This document shows, piece after piece, positions 57,692 through 64,000 of a DNA stretch of 64,000 nt. Position 1 is the stretch's first letter. Every line of letters begins with the position of its first letter. This DNA comes from Candidatus Hydrogenedentota bacterium. GTDB taxonomy: Bacteria; Hydrogenedentota; Hydrogenedentia; Hydrogenedentales; SLHB01. The position numbers and the translations under genes are program-made. The notes under the pieces are model-generated. The model was given only the letters and a program-made list of their open reading frames with translations, searched no databases and had not been told where the DNA came from. The stretch is taken from positions 1 through 64,000 of the forward strand of contig BTVY01000012.1 of NCBI GenBank assembly GCA_045863335.1. Direction: 5' to 3'.

Positions 57692-58261
57692 CTACGGCGA
57701 TGTGCAGGAGGCCGTGCCAATCAATCTCACCAACTCCTCAACCGCCATGGCCCGGTCCAGGTCGGCATCGTAGATTGCAGAAACCTTCTTGCGCGCGGCG
57801 CCCACGTCTCCGCTGCCCTTCCCACGGGAGATGAGTTCCCGGCACAAGTCCGGCATGGGACCCCAGTTGCCGCATTCCACAAACTGGTCGCTGAGGAAGA
57901 CAAACTTCGGGATGGCTTCACCGCCGTTGGTCAGGAATCGGACGAACACGTCGGGATGCTGCTCGCGGGTGATGAAGCGTAGCTTCACGTTTGGACCGGC
58001 CTCGGCGAGCCGCTGCAGTACGGGCACGTGACGCACCACGTCGCCGCACCAGTCCTCCGCGATGGCGATGATATGCACCGGCCTCGGTACCGCTGCGAGA
58101 AAGGCTTCCACGTGCGGTTCGAGGGCAAGTTGCTTTCGCGCTTCCTCCATCTTGCGCGCGTGACTTCGATCTTCGGCTCCGGCCAGCCATGCGGCATAGT
58201 CTTTGCCCGAATGGAATACGGATTTCCAGTTGATTGTCGGAAGAACCGGCGGACGCGGCAT
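57692..58261 (-). CDS. Thioredoxin-like protein (WCGD motif)
   Basis: AEDWCGD, NGGEAIPKF, WGP; AGGAG RBS. Confidence 0.82.
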   Translation of the reverse strand: MPRPPVLPTINWKSVFHSGKDYAAWLAGAEDRSHARKMEEARKQLALEPHVEAFLAAVPRPVHIIAIAEDWCGDVVRHVPVLQRLAEAGPNVKLRFITREQHPDVFVRFLTNGGEAIPKFVFLSDQFVECGNWGPMPDLCRELISRGKGSGDVGAARKKVSAIYDADLDRAMAVEELVRLIGTASCTSP

Positions 58262-58368
58262 TGCGATCTTCTCCTGATTGATACGATTCGGGTATACCCA
58301 TGAAACGGCAGGAAAGGCCGGAATATTTCACCGGGAAGGCAAGGCGCAGTTGCCCGTGGGAATGCGCG

Positions 58369-60210
58369 TCAGAAGATCTTCTCGATGTATACCGAGTCGT
58401 TGCCTTCGAACCGGGCGTTGGCGGCCGCCTCGGTTCCAAGTCGAACTACGCCGTCTTCGCCGATTCCCGTGATACGGAGATGCACCGAACGCAACCCGCC
58501 GAACCACCAGCGGCGGTCGCAGACGTAGATCAGATCCCCCACTTCCGCGTGCATTGCATCCAGCGCGGATTGCGGCAGCACGGCCGCTTCCTCATCGGTC
58601 ATCGTGTCATCGATGATGACCCGAAGGTGCGGGCGGCGCCCGGCCTTGAGATTAAGTTCGCCACCTTTGTACGAGCGCATGGCGTCAAGTTGAGTACCTG
58701 TCGTCAGCCCGACAATCGACTCCGCCGCGCGCGCCTTCGTGAACCACGTCACAACGATGCCGATTCCCGTGCAGATGACCATTCCGTACAGGGCGCGCAT
58801 GAAATTGTAGCTGTTTGGTCCCATGCCGAAGGCGAAGGGTTGAATGAGCAGCGCGTCAAGCTTAGGCACGAAACTCAAGAAGACCGCGATCAGCCCCGCC
58901 ACCATGGTCGCCACGGCGGCGGCGGGGGTATATCGCTTCCAGAGAACGCCCAGCAGGATGGCAATGACAATAGGCGGAGTCACGGCAGCCGTGAACATGG
59001 CGTGGGCGTTGTAAATGCTCTTCGACATCATGAACACGGGAACGAGCGCGATGCCGAGCAGACAGGTGGTCACGCTGCTGAACCGCGCCACGATCAGATA
59101 GTGGCGATCTTCCGCGTTGCGGTGCACGTAGGGACGATAGATATCGTTCACGAAGATCGCGCTGACTGCCGTAATCAAGGTATCCGCCGTGCTCATGAGC
59201 GCGGCCGTCAACGCCGCGAGCACGAAACCGAAAACGCCCGGCGCGCAGAGAAAGTGAGCCGCGTCAATGAAGGCGTCCTTGTCCTCGGTCACGAGTTCGC
59301 CGTTTTCGACAAGGGCCCGGGCAACCCATCCGCCGCTGCTGACGGTGATGGCCGCGAGGGGTGCGAGGACGAGGATCCAGAACACGGCCATCTTGCGCGC
59401 GTCCGCGACGGTTCGGATGGAAAGAAAGCGCATGATCATGCCTTGGTTCATCAACACGAAGGCGCCCGTATTGGCGAGACCGTCTTGCGCAAAGAGCCCG
59501 ACAAAGCTGAAATCGTCGGGCCGGTTGAACTCGGAAAAGGCGAAGCGGTGCGACTGGGGCAGCAGCGCCCAGAAATCGCCGAAGCCGCCCACGTGGTAGA
59601 CACCCACGAAGAACAGTCCCAGCCCGGCCACAAGGAGGATCATCCCCTGGGCAAGGTCCGTCATGATGACGGAGGTCTGGCCGCCGGCAAACATGTACAG
59701 CATGACGGCGAAGCCCGCCGCCACGGCGCCCATCATGACAGGCCAGCCAAGGAGGGTGTTCAGGGCCTGTCCAAGCGTGTAGAGATTTACGCCCACGTAG
59801 CCGACGAGATAGAGCAGGATCAGACCGGTGGCGGCCATGCGCGCGCCGGTACCGAAACGCCGCTCGAAATATTCGGGCACCGATTGAATGCGCCCGAAGT
59901 AGATAATGGGGAGCCAGACAAGAAGGAGGATGGGAATCCAGAACCAGTCGTTGAGATAGGTCTGCGTGCTTCCGATGCCGTACTTGAAGCCGACCTGGCT
60001 GTACTTGATGAAGCTGTAGCTGCCGACGGTCGTCGCGATGCCGGAGAACGCGATCAACCACCACGCAAACCGTTGGCCGCCGAAGAAGAAGTCCTTGGTG
60101 CTGCGGGTGTATTTGCCAAACCAGAGCCCGAAGCCGACCACGCACACGAAATAGGCAATGATGACGACGTAATCGAGGGGTTCGCCCTTGAGGTTTTGGG
60201 TATCGATCAT
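58369..60210 (-). CDS. Sodium:solute symporter (SSS) with a C-terminal soluble extension
   Basis: DFFFGG, SVPEYFERRFG, GGQTSVIMTD, AALMSTAD; ATGA overlap with the upstream small gene. Confidence 0.92.
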   Translation of the reverse strand: MIDTQNLKGEPLDYVVIIAYFVCVVGFGLWFGKYTRSTKDFFFGGQRFAWWLIAFSGIATTVGSYSFIKYSQVGFKYGIGSTQTYLNDWFWIPILLLVWLPIIYFGRIQSVPEYFERRFGTGARMAATGLILLYLVGYVGVNLYTLGQALNTLLGWPVMMGAVAAGFAVMLYMFAGGQTSVIMTDLAQGMILLVAGLGLFFVGVYHVGGFGDFWALLPQSHRFAFSEFNRPDDFSFVGLFAQDGLANTGAFVLMNQGMIMRFLSIRTVADARKMAVFWILVLAPLAAITVSSGGWVARALVENGELVTEDKDAFIDAAHFLCAPGVFGFVLAALTAALMSTADTLITAVSAIFVNDIYRPYVHRNAEDRHYLIVARFSSVTTCLLGIALVPVFMMSKSIYNAHAMFTAAVTPPIVIAILLGVLWKRYTPAAAVATMVAGLIAVFLSFVPKLDALLIQPFAFGMGPNSYNFMRALYGMVICTGIGIVVTWFTKARAAESIVGLTTGTQLDAMRSYKGGELNLKAGRRPHLRVIIDDTMTDEEAAVLPQSALDAMHAEVGDLIYVCDRRWWFGGLRSVHLRITGIGEDGVVRLGTEAAANARFEGNDSVYIEKIF

Positions 60211-60434
60211 GGCGCGACCGCCTCGGCCGGCAGGTAGGGCAGCCAAAAGGTAAAGGCGCAGTAAAAAATCAGCAACCCAACAAAGCCGCCCACGATCGTC
60301 CATACGATCCGCTGGTCGCGCGGGTCCTTGAGGTTGATGTACCCGCTGCTGACCCCGCACCACACGCCGATCGCGCAGAGCACGGCGCCAACGCCGAACT
60401 CAACGAGAATCGGCAAAATTCGTTCCATACCCAT
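60207..60434 (-). CDS. Small 2-TM membrane protein, probable SSS accessory subunit
   Basis: MGMERILPILVEFGVGAVLCAIGVWCG...VWTIVGGFVGLLIFYCAFTFWLPYLPAEAVAP; AGGGG RBS; translationally coupled to the SSS gene. Confidence 0.75.
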   Translation of the reverse strand: MGMERILPILVEFGVGAVLCAIGVWCGVSSGYINLKDPRDQRIVWTIVGGFVGLLIFYCAFTFWLPYLPAEAVAP

Positions 60435-60581
60435 GATTTGCCCGGCCCCTTTACGTGATAAAAGAACACGTCGTGGGATAATAGCGGCTGTATCCCGGTT
60501 GCGCAACCCTTGTTGCTGTAGTCCCGCCGTGAACCTTGTGTACAATGGTTCATTCCGAAGTGAGCAAGGGAGTATCTCCGC

Positions 60582-63278
60582 ATGATTCGTGTATGTGCCG
60601 TACTGTGGATCGCCGGGCAAGTCGCGCTGGGCGCCGCGGTCGAAGAAGAAGTCGAAGTGCAGGGCAACTATTCCACGTTCCGCATCGCGCCGGGCCCGGG
60701 CGCTGGCGTGGAATGGTTCGGGTCGCCGGTATCCAACGTGAACCACGCGGGCGGCGAAGGGCTGCTGCTGGAAGGATTCGGCGTCGGTAATTTTTACGTG
60801 CCGAACCGCCGGCTTAACGAGAACCTCGAGATCGTGGATACCGCCGGCGGCGAGCCGGTTATTCGCTACAGCTACGAATGCGACGGCCCCAACATCCGCG
60901 GGCTCCACGTGACCCGCACGATGGAGCCTCAACCCGACGAAGCGTCTATTCGCGTAACCTGGAAGGTGGAGAACAAGGGCGACGAAGACCAATGGGTGTC
61001 GCCCTGGGTGCGAAACGAGGTCCGGCCCGGCGGTTCCACCGAAGTGCGGGACCGCATGGAACTGGCCACGTGGGAAGGCATCGTCAACGTCGAGCGGAGC
61101 GGCTATCACGTGGCGTCGCGAAATTGGGTCGCGGCCACCGATCCCGCGTCCAAGGAAACGCTCTACGCGGTGTTCGACGCGGACCAGACTCATTCCTTTC
61201 TAGTGAATCGCGACGAACAGGTCCCCTTCGGGGCCTTCCAGACCGCTTTCGTGCCGCGCCTGATGAAGGTCGGCGACGCGTGGGAGACCACGTACCGCGT
61301 AAATGTTGTGCGCGGACTCACCCATGTGAATTTCGCCACGGATGAGCTGGCGGCGCAGGTGGACTACGAGGCCGGCGAATTGAGTGTGTTGCTGGCGGCG
61401 GTGAAGCCCATGCCGGGGCTCCAGATCGAAACCAGCATTCTCGCGGCCAACGGCAAAGTCTGGCGGTTGCCGGAGAAAAAGTTCGACATCGACCCTAACA
61501 CCGTCATCCGGTGCACCTACGAGTGGCAAGCCCCGGGCAACGGATCCTACGAGTTGCTGGCGCGGGTCACGCGGGGCGGCGAGGCCGTCGCTCTCGGCAG
61601 CGATACGGGATCGCCCCACGGCGGCATCGACACCCAGTTTGTCGTGGGCGATATGGAAGCCGACGATTTCGAACCGTGGACCGATGCGCCGTTCGCGCTC
61701 GAACGGGGATCGCGCACCTTGCCGCGGCAGTTCGCGGTGCCCGGCGACACGGCCATCTGGTTTGAGAGTTCGCTGGAGAAGATCTTCCCGGAAGACGTTC
61801 CGCAGCGGACGGGCGACTACAAGGCCATCGCCAGCCTGTCGCTGGCGGCGAACGAAAGCGAATCATTCCAGGTCGTGCTGCGCCCTCCTGACGGAATGGA
61901 TCTCCGGAATGTGAACTTGCGCGCCGTGGACCTCGTAAACGCCGCCGCGGGTTCGCGCATCGCGTCATCGCAGATCAGCCTGCATACGGTGGCGTACTAT
62001 CCGGTGCGTATTCCGACGCATTTCGAAGGACCCACCGGCGTCTGGCCCGATGCCTTGCCCGAATTGGAGCCATTCACCGCACAAGGCGGCCAATGCAGCC
62101 CGATCTGGATCACCGTCCATGCGCCCGCAGGCACGCCGCCCGGCGCCTATGAAGGGTACCTCGAACTCACGGCAAATGGCCGCGACCCGGTCGAATTGGG
62201 ATTGCGGGTCAACGTGTACAACTTCGAATTGCCGCGCACGCCGCACCTCAAGACAGACTTCGGATTCTGGATCGATGGCGCGGATAGCCTGTGCCGCCGC
62301 ATGGGGTACTCTGGCAGCGCGGAACAGTTGTTGGACGCCTATCTCGAAAACGGATTGCGCCACAAGGTGACGCTGCGCGAATTGGCCCAGTTCCCGTCGG
62401 AGAGCGCGGATTACAAGGCCAGCCTCGCGATGTTCGAACCGAAGATCAGGGAGCTGATCGACGGCGGCGCGAGCACGCTATCGGTGCCGGCGTCGCTGTT
62501 CGAGTTCCCGGAGCAGCTCGCGGTGGCGAACGAGTTTGTAGAAAAGGCGAATCTTCGCGATCGCGTGTTCTGCCAGATCGCGAATGAGCCGGAACGCCCG
62601 GCTTGGCCGAGGCTGTTCGAAACCATGACGCAATGGCGGGAGATCGCGCCCAACATCCCGCTTATGCTGACGACCTACGGCTCGCAGCCCTTCTTCCACG
62701 AAGCGGCGGACGTCTGGGCCATCCACTCCCCCATCATGGATACGGTGAACAACAAGACCATCCTGGATCGGATCGCCGCCGGCAACGCCGTGTGGTGGTA
62801 CGTGAACCATACGCCGCCACGGCCCTACGCCAATTTCTTCATCGACTTCGCCGCCATGGAACACCGCGTGTTCTTCTGGCAGACCTGGGCCCTGGGCATG
62901 AAGGGCGTTCACTACTGGAACGCGAACTACAGCGAGCCCGGCGTGAATCCGTGGGTCAACCAGCTCGACATCACGCCCACCAACGGCGACGGATTCCTCC
63001 TCTATCCCGGACCGAAGGGCCCGGTTAGTTCGATTCGCTGGGAAGTCATCCGCGACGGGATCGAGGACTACGACTACCTCGTGCTATTTCGCGAACGCAT
63101 GAAGCAGCTCGAAGAAAAAGGCGGACACGCCGCCCTCCTGGAACAAGCCGCGGAAGTCTACAACCTGAAGGAACTCGTCCCCGACCTCGTCACCTTCACC
63201 CGCGACCCCAACGTCCTCATCAGCAAACGGGAAGCCCTGGCAAAGATGATCGTGGCCATGGACGAAGCCCTGCGGTGA
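60582..63278 (+). CDS. Secreted multi-domain GH123-like (DUF6067/DUF4091) protein
   Basis: ANESESFQV, WPDAL, PIWITVHAP..TPPGAY, WWYV, GDGFLLYP, SIRWEVIRDGIEDYDY. Confidence 0.8.
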   Translation: MIRVCAVLWIAGQVALGAAVEEEVEVQGNYSTFRIAPGPGAGVEWFGSPVSNVNHAGGEGLLLEGFGVGNFYVPNRRLNENLEIVDTAGGEPVIRYSYECDGPNIRGLHVTRTMEPQPDEASIRVTWKVENKGDEDQWVSPWVRNEVRPGGSTEVRDRMELATWEGIVNVERSGYHVASRNWVAATDPASKETLYAVFDADQTHSFLVNRDEQVPFGAFQTAFVPRLMKVGDAWETTYRVNVVRGLTHVNFATDELAAQVDYEAGELSVLLAAVKPMPGLQIETSILAANGKVWRLPEKKFDIDPNTVIRCTYEWQAPGNGSYELLARVTRGGEAVALGSDTGSPHGGIDTQFVVGDMEADDFEPWTDAPFALERGSRTLPRQFAVPGDTAIWFESSLEKIFPEDVPQRTGDYKAIASLSLAANESESFQVVLRPPDGMDLRNVNLRAVDLVNAAAGSRIASSQISLHTVAYYPVRIPTHFEGPTGVWPDALPELEPFTAQGGQCSPIWITVHAPAGTPPGAYEGYLELTANGRDPVELGLRVNVYNFELPRTPHLKTDFGFWIDGADSLCRRMGYSGSAEQLLDAYLENGLRHKVTLRELAQFPSESADYKASLAMFEPKIRELIDGGASTLSVPASLFEFPEQLAVANEFVEKANLRDRVFCQIANEPERPAWPRLFETMTQWREIAPNIPLMLTTYGSQPFFHEAADVWAIHSPIMDTVNNKTILDRIAAGNAVWWYVNHTPPRPYANFFIDFAAMEHRVFFWQTWALGMKGVHYWNANYSEPGVNPWVNQLDITPTNGDGFLLYPGPKGPVSSIRWEVIRDGIEDYDYLVLFRERMKQLEEKGGHAALLEQAAEVYNLKELVPDLVTFTRDPNVLISKREALAKMIVAMDEALR

Positions 63279-63283
63279 AAAAT

Positions 63284-63359
63284 AGGGACAGGCACCATTT
63301 TCCTTCTCTGCGATCGAACATTTTCTCAGCGACCGAGTAGGAAAATGGTGCCTGTCCCT
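63284..63359. repeat. Perfect 21-bp inverted repeat element
   Basis: AGGGACAGGCACCATTTTCCT (63284-63304) / AGGAAAATGGTGCCTGTCCCT (63339-63359). Confidence 0.9.
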
Positions 63360-63426
63360 TTCTGTCCCGTTACCTGCGATCTTGACGTCCTCATCAGCAA
63401 ACAGCAAGCCCTAAAGATCGTTGCAC

Positions 63427-63568
63427 GTAGGAGGGCGGGTTTTCTTACCCGCCGCATTCGCAAGAAAGCACGAGGATCGGCTCTCAACGCGATCGCAATG
63501 CAAGAATCGGGAATTTGGCTTCGAGGGGCAAGCCTCAGCGCGGCGGGTAGGAAAACCCGCCCTCCTAT
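63427..63568. repeat. Inverted pair of GTAG-type REP elements (second family)
   Basis: GTAGGAGGGCGGGTTTTCTTACCCGCCGC ... GCGGCGGGTAGGAAAACCCGCCCTCCTAT, each with an internal GGCGGGT/ACCCGCC stem. Confidence 0.85.
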
Positions 63569-64000
63569 TTATGCAGGCGTGATCCGCCCGAGCACGACGG
63601 GCTCTTGCGCGCCGGTGGCGTGGGGGACGTTGGAGGCTTTTCCGCAGAAGAGTTCGTTGCCGAGGATGGCGGCGCTGACGGCGTCGATGGCGTCGTGGGG
63701 CAGGCCGTACTCGTCGCTGGTGCGCACGGTGACGTCGCCCAGGCCGCTTTTGACCCGTTGCACGAGGGCCTTGTTGTTCACGCCGCCGCCGCTGAGGATG
63801 AGGCGGGAGATCTTGTACTGGGGTTTCACGAAGCGGTTGTAGGCGCGGACGATGCAGTAGCTGACCGCCGAGGTCACTGTGGCGACGAGGTCTTCCATGG
63901 AGTGATCTTTGCGCCCGGCGAGCGCGTCGCGCAGGTAGACTTCAGGGCCAAACTCGTCGCGCCCGGTGGTCTTCGGGGGAACTTTCGCGAAGTAAGGGTG
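63569..64000 (-). CDS. anmK: Anhydro-N-acetylmuramic acid kinase, C-terminal part (5' end outside the window)
   Basis: HPYFAKVPPKTTGRDEFG, SGGGVNN, NVPHATGA..PVVLG. Confidence 0.9.
   Translation of the reverse strand, partial: HPYFAKVPPKTTGRDEFGPEVYLRDALAGRKDHSMEDLVATVTSAVSYCIVRAYNRFVKPQYKISRLILSGGGVNNKALVQRVKSGLGDVTVRTSDEYGLPHDAIDAVSAAILGNELFCGKASNVPHATGAQEPVVLGRITPA

Overview
High-GC bacterial chromosomal window, gene-dense, with no rRNA, tRNA, CRISPR array or transposase recognised. Gene content (many secreted putative glycoside hydrolases, Gfo/Idh/MocA pairs, TolC, lipoproteins) suggests a diderm polysaccharide degrader such as Candidatus Hydrogenedentota; this is inference only. Main blocks: a MarR-regulated RND efflux operon; GNAT-TPR-lepB-rhomboid-J-domain; an MBL hydrolase/PocR-AraC/small Cys protein/lipoprotein/anti-sigma/anti-anti-sigma cluster divergent from rpoN; a toxin-antitoxin pair with a nonsense-interrupted toxin; ispH, fba, ddpX, metF; the mreBCD-mrdA-rodA-rng operon; pepF; a carbohydrate-use region; and a partial anmK. 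The strongest leads are non-coding. (1) A GxxExxY nuclease-fold gene is bracketed by two ~100-bp palindromes built from 9-nt repeats, with a third solo copy 7 kb away, which resembles an undescribed REP/RAYT-like system. (2) A compact, probably pseudoknotted RNA leader lies in front of a conserved hypothetical gene at 37.6 kb. (3) A perfect sigma70 promoter is overlapped by a perfect sigma54 site upstream of rpoN. Several small genes missed as separate calls by the ORF track were also found. Start codons were refined by eye, and all family calls come from motif recognition, not database searches.
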